NCBI GenBank assembly: GCA_036172245.1 | Contig: JAYWIR010000001.1 | Coordinates: forward strand, 9,548,001-9,612,000 | DNA from: Raillietiella orientalis | Taxonomy: Eukaryota | DNA: 64,000 nucleotides | Reading direction: 5' to 3' | Shown here: piece after piece, positions 19,063 to 32,525 of the stretch | Numbering within the stretch: position 1 is the stretch's first letter | Layout: every line of letters begins with the position of its first letter | Made by a program: the position numbers and the translations under genes | The notes under the pieces: model-generated | What the model saw: only the letters and a program-made list of their open reading frames with translations | The model's database searches: none | Told to the model about the DNA's origin: nothing

Positions 19063-22000
19063 TCACAGCCTGGTGATCCCCTCGGGTTTGTCACCCACTT
19101 TTTCCCCGATGACCTCCGGGGACGGACTTCTTGGCTCCACATCCGAATCGCCGCCTTGCGTCGCGGCTCGTGGCGGACCGAGGGCCAGGAACTCCCTCCG
19201 CGCGTCTCGCGCCAACCGACCCACGCCCTTGACCTTGGTCTTTCCCGCCTTCTCCACCAGAGCCCGGAACATTCCGTCTTCTCGGGAGAGGAGATCCAAG
19301 GGAGAGTCCATTTCCTAGGGGAGGCAGGATGGAAGGAAGGGTCGGAGTCCCTCCGCCTCTTACGGCGATCCTCCCTTGGTGCACGACGATGACCTTGTCG
19401 GCGTCGGCGACGGTGTCCAGTCTGTGGGCAATGGCGATCACCGTGCACTGGGAGAACTGCTCCCGGATGATGCTCTGGATCAGGGCGTCCGTCCTGCGGA
19501 AAGAAGAGAGAGAGGATGGGGGGAAAGGGGAGGAAAATTCCGGTTCCGGCTGCCGTCGCGGGACTCACTTGAGGTCCACGTTCGCCGTCGCCTCGTCCAT
19601 CACCAGGACGCGGTTGGATCTGAGAATCGCCCTGGCCAGGCAAAGGAGCTGGCGCTGACCCACGCTGAAGTTGGCGCCCCCTTCGGAGACGGCTCCGTGG
19701 ATGCCTTGCCCGAGGGAAGACGCGGGCTCTCTCATGCTGACCTGCGGGAGGCGGCGCGGGCTGAAGCGGCGGAGGAGCCCTTGCCTTACCTTCTCCAGGG
19801 CTGTCCAGATCTGGTCGTCCCGGTACTCGTCGAAGGGGTCCAGGTTGCTCCTGATGGTTCCCATGAAGAGAACGGGATCCTGGGGGACCGTGGCGATCGC
19901 GGAGCGGAGGTCGTGCAGGCCGAGGCGGAGGATGTCCGCGTCATCGATGAGTATGCTGCCGGTCGGCTCCTCGAGTCGGAACAGGGCACTCAGGAGCGAC
20001 GACTTCCCGGCGCCGGTCCGGCCGACCACCCCGACCTGGAAGAGGAGAAGGCGCGCAGAAGTGGTCGTCGTCGGCGGTGCGGGGAGCACAGGAGGTGGTG
20101 GACCTGGTAGGCAAAGTCTCTTCCTACCTTCTCTCCGGGAAGGATGGTGAAGGAGAGGTGGTGCAGCACGGGCTGCTGCCCGTCCCCGTAGGAGAGGCTG
20201 ACGTCACGGAACTCCACTTTGCCCGCCCAGGGCCAGTTCTGCGGCGGCTTGAGCTCCTTTCGGGTCTCCCACGCGGCCTCGCTCGCGATCTCGTTGTATT
20301 CGAGGATCCTCTCGGCGCTCGTCATGTCGCTCTCGACCTGGGTCATTTGCCGCAGGGCCCACTGGGATGCTCCGGTGAGGCCGTTGGCCGAGATGATCGC
20401 CAGGCCGACTCCTCCCGCGTGCATGGCTGAAGGTGCGCCCGAGCGGAGTGTAAGAAAGCAGTCGGTTGTTGCAGCCGCCCGCACACCCCTATTCCCGCCT
20501 TTTGCTTCCCTCCCTCCCTCCCTCCCTCCCTCCTCTTGGCGCTCCTCACACGCCAGGAGGGCAAACGAGGGACAGGAAGTGGCTGACCTGATCCGAAGGT
20601 GAGGAGCACAAGGACTATGGTGGCCATGAAAGCGGAAATCATCGTGTCGTTCATCATCGACAGCCAGAATCCGCAGCAGATGAAGAGGTAGCGCCCGGAA
20701 GTGTGCTTGTCCTGTAGAAAGGCGAATCATCTATGAACGGGAACTAGTCGTCATCGCGAGGAGGGAAATGAAAACGGAGTGAAAAAGCAAAGCCTTCAGA
20801 GAAACAGAGTGTCGGCAGAGCGTGGTTCTCGACTGCGGCGGTCAATTGCTGGACGGATTCTGTCCCCATTTCTTTCTTGACGCTTTCCCGCTCGCCCCTC
20901 GCTCTGTGAAAACACCCTCTCCCCCTTACCCGAGAATTCCCTCATACGGCACAAGACTCTGCGCTCGCGACGAACGAGTCCGTCTGAAAGGACTGGAGAG
21001 TGGGCAATGGTGCCGCGGACGTCCTTCGTGCAAGACGGGGGCAAACATGGCACTGGGGTGGCCTCCTTTTCCCCCCGCTACCCACCCTGATGGTTTCCCC
21101 TGACCGACGCAACAGGCAGAGCGGAAGAGGGGCTGACGCCGCGGCAGATCACGCGGCGAAACGTCACCGAGGCTACCACCTTAGTGGCGATCGGATAAAC
21201 TCCGAAAAGGTCACACCGGGTCGGGCACTCCCATGGTAACAGAACTAAAGGGGAGGTTCGGTCATCCTCCACCCCCTTTATTCTTCATAAGAAGGAACGT
21301 GGGCTCGAACGAGGATAATTCATGTCAGCGGGAAAAATGGGACCCGATGAAAAAAAGCGCCCCCTTTCGTAAACCCCCGTTGTCCTAAGAAATTTCAGAG
21401 ATGCAGCATCCTAGATCTTCCTTCCCAGACACCGATCAAAGCTACAGGGAGTTTCGGAGACGACTGTTACTCAGGTGGCTCCCTCAAATAGAACGAGTCC
21501 CTCTTAACGAAATTCTGAAGAAGGCAGAGGTAGACATGGAGTCTCACATCCTTCTTTGCCACGGAACAGTCAGAACAGAGGATAAGGCGGGTGGGTGGAG
21601 TGGAAACCAAAGACTCTCCTCGCAGAAGGTCATTCGAGGAGAAGGAGCCGTTCCTTCTCCTTCGAGCTGCTCCCGGCACGAAGTCCGGCCCATTACGGTC
21701 AACTGGACACCTCCTTCTCCGCGTCACTCCCTGTCCTCCCTCAGAGCAGAAAGAAGTGCATGAGAAAAGCAGGGAAAAGGAAAACCCTATGCCCCTACGG
21801 GAGACGTCTTCCATTCCGTGGGGCCTCAGGGATATCTCCGGCCCTCTACGACTGCGACGATCTCCTGCTTAAGGACCTTGGGAGGCGGCGGCATGCCTGT
21901 CATCTTCTACCTCGTTCTTGTCCCTTTCCCCGATCCCTCTTTCTGTCCCACAGACCCTGCTGGTGATAGCGACGGAGGCGGCGGCGGTGCCTACCTGATA

Positions 22001-25000
22001 GCGCTGGAACTGCTCCGAGAAGAAGCCCTCCATCTCGTATGCTCGGATGGTTTCCGCTCCGTGCAAGCTGTTGCTGACCAGCGTGTACAGAGGACTCCTA
22101 GCTGCAAGGGAATCCGTAGATGAGGAAAGAAGCGAAGGAAGAGAGGAAAGAGAGTTCGGTGCATCTGCCGCTGCCCCCTGCGCGCGAGCAAGTGCACCTG
22201 CTCCTTAGCGGAATGGATGCGGGATGTAGTGGAAGAACCCAGACAGAGAGGAAGAAAGTGATCAGGTCGAGCAGGCAGGGTGGAGTCGTGCAGGCGGGAG
22301 CGAAAACTGCAGCCTTACAGAAGATCAACGGCAGAGTCAGTCTACTCATCTACAAGAGGAGCAGAATTTTGGGGTGTCCCATTCAAAAGATGGCACTTCC
22401 ACGGAGTTCCAGGGAAGATGAGGCATATGTTGGTGAACCCGCGAAAGGTGGAGAGAAAAATAAAAGAAGAAAGAAGGAAGAGCAGGAGAGGGGAAGGTGT
22501 GATGACTAGAGGAAGATGAAGGGAAGACAAGCAAGTGAGGAGGGAAGTGAAGAAAATGAAGGTGAATAAAAAAGAAGGAATGGAAGGAAGGTGAACGGAA
22601 GAGAAAGAAAAAGGGAGGAGAAAAACGAAAGGAAGGGAAGGATGAGGACGAAAAGAGGAGGAACTGCAGTAAAAGAGGGAGCAAGGAGGAGAAAGGGAAA
22701 ACGAGAAAACAGGAAGGAAATATGAAGAGGAAAAAGGGGAAAACCACAACGAGAGTAAAAGAAGGAAGGGCAGAAGGGTGTGAGGAAGGAAGTGGAAAAA
22801 GAAGTGGAGAAGAGGAGAACGCGCTTTGCGAGAGTGATCTCACGTAGTGGATCCATGCTGTACCAAGAACCCGTCACAACTACACAGTGAAGACTCAACT
22901 GATTCCGTCCATTCTCCGGAGGCAAAGAGCCGCCGGTGTATAAGTCCTGCGAGTGAAGTGGAAAAACACTATCAGCACAATAGCGACGACGACCATCCAG
23001 TAGTTCACGACGACCACCATGATGAAGGAGGCAACCATCATGAAGAGCAGCTGGAAAAAAGGAAAACAAAATCAGATGGAGTTTGCAGTCGTCTGGTCCA
23101 CGGTGATTTGCAGCCCAGCACTTCTGCTGCTGCTGCTTCGGTGCTCACCGTCGCGGCCTCCTGGAAACTCATCGGCAGCAGTTGGTCGATCACGTAGACG
23201 TCGTTGCTGAATCTGTTGAGCACCACTCCTGAGGAAGATCGTGCGTCGGCACCCGATCAAAATAACTACATGCCTCTCCCCTCACTGACCGACCTACGGG
23301 GTTCAGGTCGAAGAACCTCATTGGCGCCCTGAGTATCTTCCGCAGCATTCTGATGTGCAGGACCTTGGACGCCGCACCGAGTGTCCAGAAGATCAAGCTG
23401 TCGCGCGCCACGGCGGTGGCGACCAGCAATGCTATGAGGACTCCGTAGAAAACGATGCAGTTGTGTCTGTTCCAGGGTTCTCCGAAGATGCTGGCAGTAC
23501 GGTTGCAGGTGGCGTTCGTCCCAGAGCGATCCTCTCGCTTGAAGCCCCGGTTTTCGAGCTCGATCCTGGGCGAATCCCTGCGTGGCCCGCGCCAAGGAAA
23601 TCCGTCCTTCTACCAGAAGGTCAAGAAGTAATCCGATCCGGAGAAGAAGCTCTGGGAAGCGCACAGTAGTACGGCCAGCGCGGTGCACATCAGAGGTCCT
23701 CCGCCAGCATCCATGAACTGCCTGTACACCTTTAGGTTGACTCGTCCGAGGCGCATCTTCTCGAACTGCTCATCCATCTCGTCCTCCTGAGCGTCCCTCC
23801 AGCAGGGCACCGTAAGGCGAGACGACCTTGGATATCACGTCTTAAACTCACGAGGGTCGATTCCGGTATGGATCCTCTGTCGGTGGACAGCGAAGACTGC
23901 CTGCGGGTCCGAATGGCGTCGGTGGCGCTTCCGTCCCGCGGAGTGCTATCCTTCTGGCGGATTCCGAATTCCGATAGCTTCGGACACGAGTCTTTCAGCT
24001 CCTTCAGGTAACCCTGCGCCTGGATTCTTCCCTGAGAGAAATCTCCAATGGAGAACGCGTTCAGAGGTGAGGGACGTGCACCAGCGCGCGCGATGCGTTC
24101 CGGGAGACAGCGAGGAGGAGGACATCCCGACGATCGCCCGGCCGCCTGCGCCTGAACCAGACCAGGGAAAAAGCCATCGGGGATGCTGGAAGCCGACCAG
24201 CACATGCCGCGATCAGCAGCGATTGCGGCACGATCGTACCGAGTGCTCCGCAAGGAATGCCTTTAACCACAGCGGGAGCGGTAAATGGAAACACAGTGGG
24301 AGTTAGAGCATCACTGCGAGGGGCACCAATGACTGCACCGTCTCATTCGCAAGCGGTTGCGCAGCTCGCGCAATGGACGCGTCCCCGACAAAGCGCCGAC
24401 ACCCGAGCGATCTTCGTGTACGAAGACGTTCGGCGAAAAATGCCTCCACCCTTCTGGATGCCGGGAGGCCCTACGAGCTGCCCTTCCTGATCAGCCATGC
24501 GGACGACCTCCGGGTGCTCCCCTCTCAGGTGGACGAGGCACGGCTCTTCATCCCCGGACCCGGTCCGAACCTGGCTGCCTACCCCAACTCTCCTTCCTTG
24601 CAAACGGCGGTAAGAGTCAACCTCTTCGCCTTCGGGATGGGTGCTTCGGATCAGCAGCTGAAGAAGCTAGCCGCGGAGACACCGGCAGCTGCTCTGGGAA
24701 TTACCCTTGATTTCCTGTGTCTCCCTCGTGCTGCTTGCCAGCGTCAGAAGCCGCGGAAGCGCTTGCAGTGCGTCGAGAAGCGCGAGTTCTGCTTTTGGCT
24801 TCTCCAGCCTCTAATGCACCGCGTTTTCTCCGGAACAATCGGTCCACGAGAGCTCTTGCAGAGGTCTGTTGGCTGGAGCAGCGAGCGCGGAAATCCTCCA
24901 GGAGCACAGAGATAAGCGCGTCATAGCGGTGGTGTCCCTCCGGAAGTCTTACGAATCGTTCGAGGAACCGAAACACGTGCGGAGACATGCCCTCTTCCGG

Positions 25001-28000
25001 GTCTTGTTGGAAGGAGAGCAACTCACCTTCTCTAAGAGAAGCACCTTCTGAGAGTCCCGGAGGTGCTGCACCTGGTGAGTTACCAGGATGACCGCTCTGT
25101 CCTTCACGAGACTGCAGATGCATCTGTCGAACAATGCCTTGCCCACTTGAGCGTCCACCGCGGAGAGAGGGTCGTCCAGCAGGTAGATGTCCGTGTCGCG
25201 GAAGAGGGCCCTTGCCAGCCCGATGCGGGCCTTCTGCCCTCCGCTCAGCCCTTCTCCGCGGTCGCCGACGACGGTCAGATCCCCCTTAGAGAGGGAAAGG
25301 AAGTCCTCGGAGAGAGCGGACACCCTCACCACCTGATCTCCGGGTGAAGAAGAGAGAAGCTGGAAGGAGGTGGGGGGTCGACTGCTCTGACCTCGCGGTA
25401 GCGCTTCCTGTTGTAAGGCTTCCCGAAGCAGATGTTTTCCCTCACCGTCCCGTTGATGAGGATGACCTCTTGAGCGGCGTACGCGACGCTCCCGTGTATC
25501 TCCATGGAGCCGGAAACGATGGTCGTCTCTCCCAGCATGGTCTGGAGCAGGGAGCTCTGGAAAAAGGAGGAAGGAGAGAAAGGTCTCGACATGGGAAAAG
25601 CAGATGCTCCGAGTGAGTTCCAGCACGGACTGCTGTGCTTCCGCATCAGTCTCTACCCCCATTCTAGGTGGGGGGATGCGCAACTTGAAATTTCCTCTGT
25701 TTGAATGCCGGAGACAATTTTTGGTTCCTTAGAGCATTCCGTCCCGTCTAGGAGCGATGAAAAGGAAGGAGTGTGGAAAGGGGGAAAAGAAGGAGTAACG
25801 AGGTGGAATGAGATTTCGTCTCTTGAACGTTTCACGCCTCAAACTTGAGATAGACTTTATAGGAGATGGACGTATTTGGACCTCTGAAAGCACTGTTCTC
25901 GCTTCGGCGGATAGTTGCGTTCCCAGAGTGGAAACACGCCACGGAAACCGCACGCGGTTTCTTTGCAAGGTGACACGTGGTACACAATCTCTTGGCTTGC
26001 TTTCCGCTTCTTGATCTCTTCTCTCGAGCAGAGACCGATATCTCACTTATCCATCCTTCAATCCATGAAAAATACGAAAGGCGCTCGCAGAACGGACGAC
26101 GTCCCGTGCTTCCGCGGGGTCGCGAGCTGACTCGGGCCTGCTGTTAGTGGCGGAGACATCATCCGTTTCTTGCCGGATTTTATAGGAATTCTGCAGGTGC
26201 CAGAAGTGCTTCCTGCAAAACTCCCACTTCTCCCATTCTTTATCGCAATGCTTCTGACGATCAGACCACGCTCAGACAAATCTTCCTCCTTTCTCTAGAA
26301 AACCTTTCCCTGGAAATGCCCACTCTCAGAAGACAGAGACGTTCTCATGGTCCATAAACAAAAAGAAGGTGAGGAAACGTAAGGAAGGAAGGAAGCGTTC
26401 CAAGAGTGTTCCTCAGATCCCAAGCGGGATGTCGTGGAAAGACTAGGAGATGAAAAAGGCGAAAAAAACAGAAAGAAGACGACTAGGAGAGAAAGAAGCT
26501 CGGCCGTGAACGATCTCGGAAGAAGGGGAAACATCAGAGCGGGGTTCTGAAGAGGAATCGGGTGGTGGTGGCCGATAGGGCATTGGATAATAGCATGAAA
26601 ATTCCTGACGAACATTAGAAGGAGCTATTAGAGATACACGTGGACATCAAGGAAGATGAGAGAGGAGCAAGGAACATACCACTCTGGTCCTTCACCGATG
26701 ATGGACATGTCGAGTGACCCTCAAGATCGCATAGAGTGCATGATGCTGGTCTTGTAAGACCTTTCCGAACTCTGAGAAAACTGAATCTTATCGTTACTCT
26801 CCTGGAAGCTCCAACATAGCAGCTTTCAAGAGTAGGTGATGGACTTAGGTCATACCGGGAAGAACTGAATAAATGGACGCTGTCGCGCCATGGCACGGAA
26901 AGCAGAGCTCTTTCCAGTTGGCGAGGGCATGTTTGCCAGCACAAGGACGAAGAACAAGGAAACGGGAAGAAAAAAAGGAAGACAAAGAAGCAACGCGCAC
27001 TAAAGAGTATAACACTGACCGTTCCTTACTTTACCAGCTCCTGTGTGACCCATGACCACCAGAAGCTCTCCTTTGTCCACTGACAGCTGTATGTTCTTCA
27101 GCGTGTTGGAGTCGCAGTGCGGACTCCACTTGGCGGACAGGTTATTCAGTGTCAACATCCGCTTCCCGTCGGGTGAGGCTTTTTTCACGAAATGGCCGAC
27201 CGGTTTGTTGTCCTTCAGCAGGAATTGCTGGAAGGGATTGAAGGGATGGCCATCGAGCAAGCAGGACGAAACCTGTATCCTTCCAATCGACACCAAAGTG
27301 TCTGCGGCGTAGGAAACACAGCGAGGGAGTTGCCGACACATCGTTGATCTCAGGATATTGAAAATAAGAAGACATAGGAACACCTAGCATGAACCCTGTC
27401 ACGAAAGAGTTGGAGGAAATACTTGCCTTGTCAGCCGTAAGCTCGCCTCCCAGCCGGAGATACAAGAGCAGGACGAAGAAGAAAACGACCTTGGACGACG
27501 AGAAAGACATGGCAGTGTTCAGAGCATACACCAACTTCGATTTCAGTTGAATGTTCACTTCCTCCCTACCGGTGAGTACGCGGTTTTGGATTATTCGCTC
27601 AGTTGCTAAGACTCGCTCAACGGCGCGCCGCCCACCTTCTCGCCTTATCCACGAGCCCGGCGTAAGGGAGCTCCCACGCGTACATCTTGAGTATCTTGAT
27701 GCCCCTCACGATTTCGTTCATGAAACGCACCCTACAGTCCGTCTTCTGCATGTACTGCGTGCGGAATTTCGCGATCAGCTTCGCTGCGACCCCTACAACG
27801 AGAGTCAGCTCGGCGCCTTCCGGCTTTGGGCGCACCCTGCATCAGCACGTAACAAAGCAGCGCGGCGGAACCCATGACCGCCGACCAGCCCACACTGAAC
27901 CACATGAAGACTGTGAATATGATGACCTGGAATGGACCGAGCAGAGCGAAGGGCAGAGGGATAAAGAATTCGTCGAAGCTGATGACGTCGTTGGACAGGA

Positions 28001-31000
28001 GACTCAGCACCTGCCCCGCCGATGTCTCTTCCATGGAAGCCTTACTGACCTTAATCACCTGAGGAAACCATCGGGAAATCAGCTCTCAAATCAGAGACTC
28101 ACTGACCTTCTGGTAGATCAGCGCCGTGACTGCCACCCGCGTTCTCATGCCTAAGCATCTGGATCGGTAGAAGTTGGAGTACGAGAGGACGACGATGACG
28201 TAATTGGAGAGGGCGAACGCCGAACCCCAGATGTAGGCATCTCGAGTGGAAGAGTTTGTGCTTGCTTGGAGCACCTGCAGCAAGGATCTCAGACAGAAAG
28301 CGCTGAGGGTCCTGGAACAGCAAGAGAGTAGGGGGGAACGTCTGGAAACGAGAGAGCGACATTCACCTAAGCAAAAGTTCTTGCACGGCTGTGAAGGCCA
28401 GCAGATAAAGCAGCTCCCTTCTGAATGCTCTATAGATGGCCTTGCGCAGCTTCGGGCTGTCTTTTTCTTGCGGAACCTGCAGCTTTTCGAGCTCCTTCTC
28501 CCACTCTCTGGAAGAAAGCACGGTCATGCAACGATCGGCGGCGGGTTCCCCATTCGGAGCGCTTTCTCCCTGCTACGGACCAATTTACGAAGCGGTCTGT
28601 CGGAAGCTGAAATTACCGAGTCGCGCGGGTGAACGCCCGCATCAGCTTTCGTCCCGTTCCACGTGTGTTCGCGCATGTTTCAGTTCGTGAGGTGCGAGGG
28701 TGAGTCCAGAGTTCGGCCCGCCACCCGTTTGCAATCGCGGTGTTCCGTCCTCCGGTGAATGACTCGGCAGCCTCAAGTCCGGGGTGCTGATAGGGGATGA
28801 AACCATTGCGTGGGAGACTGGCAGACGAGAAGGCAACACGTGGTGCTTCACAGCGTCGAACGCGTTCTCGAAAAAGAGCCACAGATGTCACGTGTCCCTC
28901 CAAGGGAGCTGTCCGTCCTCACGCACGCGAAGGGGGCAGACGATCCCCTGCGGGCGACTTTGGACGCGCACTCTCAAGCGAGATTCCGTCGTCTCTCTTC
29001 CGCCTCAGAGTTCCTAGTGTAGCGCAGGCGCGCCGCGGTCCGCGTGCTCGCAGGAACGGGGAGTGGTTTCCTGAACGGGGAGCGTTCGGGTATTTCATTT
29101 CGAGCGCGACGCGGAACCACCGTAGGTTTTTTGCCGGGCTGTATGGAAAGTCAGCTGGAGAGAGAACGAAGGGAAGGCTCGCCGGGAGCAAGGTCGCGGG
29201 GCTCCCTCGCCAAGCGGATGGTGGTCTCCAGTCGATCGACGGGCTCCTCAGCGTGAAAGTCCTGTAGGGGAAGTCGCAAGCCCCGCCTCCTCCTCAGGAC
29301 CGTGCGCAGCAGACGGGAAGAAGCGATTCCGCGCGTTTCCAGGAGCGCTTGACCTTGAACCCGCGCACTTGACGCCGCGATTGGCATGGCTAAGGCATTG
29401 CTGATTTCCTCACCTGCAGCGGGCCTGGGAGGCGGCACCGGGCAAGTGCTTCTGAGCTTCCCGCCTTATTCTCTCCCTCTCTCCCTGCAGGCCCGCACGC
29501 GAACAGGCGGAAGGCGGACGGCCCTTCGTTCTTCCCTCCAGCCCCGTTGCCAACCCTCTACCCTCCTCACAGCCCTGCCAACTCCATCGGACCTCCGCTA
29601 CGCGGCGTCATAGCAACGTCTGCGGAACGAGCGGGCCAGCGTCCGTCCCGTTTCTCGCTCGAACTTGTCTCCTGGACCTCACACGCACCCGGCGTTCGCA
29701 ACGCGGATGGGGACCGAGGTCATCAGGATGCAGGGTTGGCGGGAGACAAGAGGCACTCGAAGCCGCGGATTACAGGGAAGCGTCTTTGTTTTTCTCCTCC
29801 TTTCCCTCCAGTGCCCCGCTCGTTGGCTGGTTTTCAGGAGCTCTTCAACGCTATCCGTGCCACGTGAGGGAGCATATGACCCTTCAAGTTTGAGGGTGTC
29901 TTCTCAGGGACCACCTTATAAATCCAGGAAACCCCGGGAGGAAAGAGTCCGCAGCTCTCTGAATCCCGGAGGGAATGTCGTACTTCTTGCGTCCGGAGAG
30001 ATCCCCCGGAGCGGGCTACGCCCTATTTCTTCTTCGGACAGCACCCGCTATGGAAGCGCCCTTTGTTTGCTTCTCTGAAGGGAATCCCGATGGGAGAAGC
30101 GCTCTTCTGGCATTATCGAGGGCAAACCTCCGATGGGGAAAGGAAGTCAACTTGATCGATATGCGGCCCCGTTTTTTCAATCGGTGGAAGGGGATCCTTG
30201 ACCGATGGGCTCCTTGAATGGTGGAAAGGACCCCGGAGGGTAGGTTTCTGACCTCGTCCAGGCAAAGGAGGCAGCCAGGGTCCACCGGTGCTGCCTCACG
30301 CGAAGTCCGTGGGCTAACCTGCGTCATCCTGCAAGGGGAGGTGGGAGGGACTGAAAAGACACCGCGCTCCCCCTCCATCCCCTATTCTGAACTTCGCTCT
30401 TTCCCTTTGCGCTACGCTCGCTGTTCGATGAAGGCGAGTCTTCCCGAGAGCTTCGCTGGAGAGCAGCATCTCAGTCGGCATCTCAGGCGCGAAGGGGCGT
30501 CCGAGGGCGCGGGGAATGACGCGCCTTGCAAGGGGCTCACCTTTCCAGGGACTCCTGCAGGACGGCTGCTCGATCCCTCAGCAGCACGTCGTAGAGGTCG
30601 TCCTTCTCCAGGATCCTGGATCTGCAGAGCCGCATCAGGGGAAGCAGCCACCTGGGGTGAGGAGGTGAGGCGCGTCAGTCGGGCACGATGAGGGGCGTCC
30701 CTCTGCTGTTTCTCTGACCATCGTCGGCGGAGCATGGTTGCCCGCCCGACGGTAGGACTCATTCGACGATCCGAAGAGGGAGGAGGGAGAGGGGGAAGGG
30801 GAAGAACGACGGACTTCCCCTACGACAGGATGGTGGGAGGCGACGTCTGAGGGTGTCGTTGGAAAGGTGCACAGTCCGCCCGCTTCACACGCGAAGCGCC
30901 TTTTCGAAGGGAGGACTCTTCTCCTTCTTCCGCTTCCAGTGGCCTTCCCTTCCCTCCCTGCTGCGTTGCTGTGATCGCTGTCCAAGGAGGACCAGAGAGC

Positions 31001-32142
31001 CTAGCCAGAGAGGAGGAAGAGGACGGCCGCGACCTCATCTCCTTTTCTGGCACGCTGGGTCTGACTCCGGAACCGCCCTGTCCCCTCGCGGCCCAATGAG
31101 GGCTGCCGATATCTGTAAGGCAGCGCCGGGGACCTCGGTAGGCAGACTGCGCTCTGGCCTGTTAGCGGGGGAACTGGTCCGTCTTTTAGGCAACGGCTTG
31201 TCGGCGGCAGTTTTCTTCCTTCCATTGAGGGAGCGGACAGCGGTTTTCCCGTAGGCTCCGCAGAAACCCAGACGGGCGAAAACGAGGGGTCTCCGCGGGG
31301 GGGCGGCGGAGGGAAGCAAAGAGGCCGGATTGGAAAGGGAGGGAGCGGCGTTGAAGCTCGCTGCACCGTCCCTTCCGCGCGTCTCTTCGCCCTACGAATT
31401 GCTGGGGAGGTTCGGCTGCACCCGGTCGTTTGGCTCTCGGCGGACGAGCCACCGCCTAGCGAGCGGATGGAGGACACGCATAGCACGAGGAGCTCAGACC
31501 GGCCCGACGGCTGAGCGCCTAGATTATGCTGTCCCCCCCCACCCGGCAAGAAGTGCAGGAAGGAGGAAGAAGACCTCGAGTCGTACTAAAAGGTCAGGGT
31601 ATCGGGTGGAAGAGGAATCGAAGGAGGGAACGGCCGTCCCGAAAGGGCGTCCGCGAAAACTCCTAGGGGTGTTTCTACGGAAGGTCATTCCGAAGAAAAA
31701 GGGACCTCCGGCGTGGAGGGCACCCCGGACACCGACAACGACTACGGTGTACGCGTGGGAAATGCCGGAGACTCGTTTTGCCAGTCCAGTGACGGTGCGC
31801 GATGCCCCTAGCTGGACCACGTAGAGACCCACCGGTTTTGAGCTTCGTGGCAGCGCCACCTTCAGGAAGAAAGTAGGCGGAGGGAGGGAGGGAGGGGGAA
31901 TGCGACGGAAAGGTCTGCGCGCCGCTACTGGAACGGAAAGGGTCGCCTCGGTAGACTTCCGACCGATGCCATGGAGCGCCCTTCTTCCTAGTCCCTGAGG
32001 TGCGAACCTGGGGGGAAGGGGGGGGGGGGATTCTGTGGTGGCTGTGAACTCACCAATAAAACAAGCGGGCCAGCATGCCAGAGGTCTCCTCCGGCATGTT
32101 CCTCCTGGGTCCCTCTGAACAAGGGCTGTTTTTCTCACGCAT
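19063..32142 (-). CDS. ABCC4-like: ABCC4/MRP4-like ABC transporter, paralog B; complete, 23 coding exons, no TMD0
   Basis: Exons on -: 32142-32054 (MREKNSP...LARLFYW), 30651-30541 ([17 protein letters not shown]), 28507-28367, 28311-28107, 28058-27836, 27792-27636, 27565-27427, 27383-27273, 27227-27030, 25556-25392, 25332-25027, 24031-23852, 23786-23614, 23577-23294, 23228-23149, 23050-22900, 22101-21995, 20711-20588, 20426-20128, 20035-19790, 19741-19569, 19493-19364, 19314-19063. Splice phases are consistent. Walker A/B and signature motifs are intact in both NBDs. The protein ends -GITRL*. Confidence 0.93.
21400..21700 (+). mobile_element. RTE-like LINE 3' remnant in an ABCC-B intron
   Basis: [27 protein letters not shown] and WKPKTLL..RRRSR resemble the RTE post-RT region. 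Confidence 0.45.
24250..24900 (+). mobile_element. Non-LTR reverse transcriptase remnant, antisense within an ABCC-B intron
   Basis: [16 protein letters not shown] (GVPQG-like), ISHADDL (YADD-like) and ALGITLD occur in the expected order. Confidence 0.6.
26310..26790 (-). repeat. Interspersed repeat, homologous to 39830-40290 (+)
   Basis: Inverted homology over ~450 bp, e.g. ggaagatgagagaggagcaagga and gatagggcattggat. Both copies translate to CTLCDLxGH, so this is possibly a LINE 3' end. Confidence 0.8.
29860..30345 (-). mobile_element. SINE copy lacking the tRNA head, in ABCC-B intron 2
   Basis: Shares ggaccaccttat.aatccagg and gcgtcatcctgc with the other copies. Confidence 0.65.
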
Positions 32143-32525
32143 CTGAAAATCAAGAGAAAGCAGGAGGAGGAGGAAGAGGAGCAGGCGAAAATGCTGGAGT
32201 GGGTGGAATGGGGGCTGGGGAAGAAGATTAAGTCAAGCAGGTAGGTTCGGGGTTAATTTGGTTCCCGCATGTTCGAAAACTGGAAGAGAAAAGGTAGGAC
32301 GGAAGGAGGTGGATGAGATTAAGAGGAGGAAGAAAAAGAACCGGAGTAGGGAAGAGATTGGCAGAGGAACGAAGGGAGGCGGATGAATAAGGAATTGGGA
32401 GGAAGAGAGGAAGAGGATAAGGAAAAGGTGGAATAGGGAAGAAAAAGAAGGAATGGAATAAGGAAGGAGGAGGAAATTAAGAACAAGAGAAAGGTAGGAG
32501 AAGAAGGAGAAAGGAACGGGCTTAC
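32143..32525 (-). other. Probable 5' intron of ABCC paralog B, with an upstream exon ending at 32526
   Basis: Donor AAG|GTAAGC at 32525, a long C/T-rich body, and acceptor TTTTCAG directly before the ATG at 32142. Confidence 0.6.

Noticed and set aside
17649-19076. 475 aa + strand ORF and other long ORFs (1392-2390, 34143-35207, 42020-43201, 47081-48112, 60240-61229)
   Set aside because: They are R/P/S/G-rich with no recognisable motifs or coding-like bias, which is expected by chance in GC-rich or repeat DNA.
23611-23613. Stop-codon readthrough in ABCC-B
   Set aside because: Better explained by a GT-AG intron at the same position as in paralog A.
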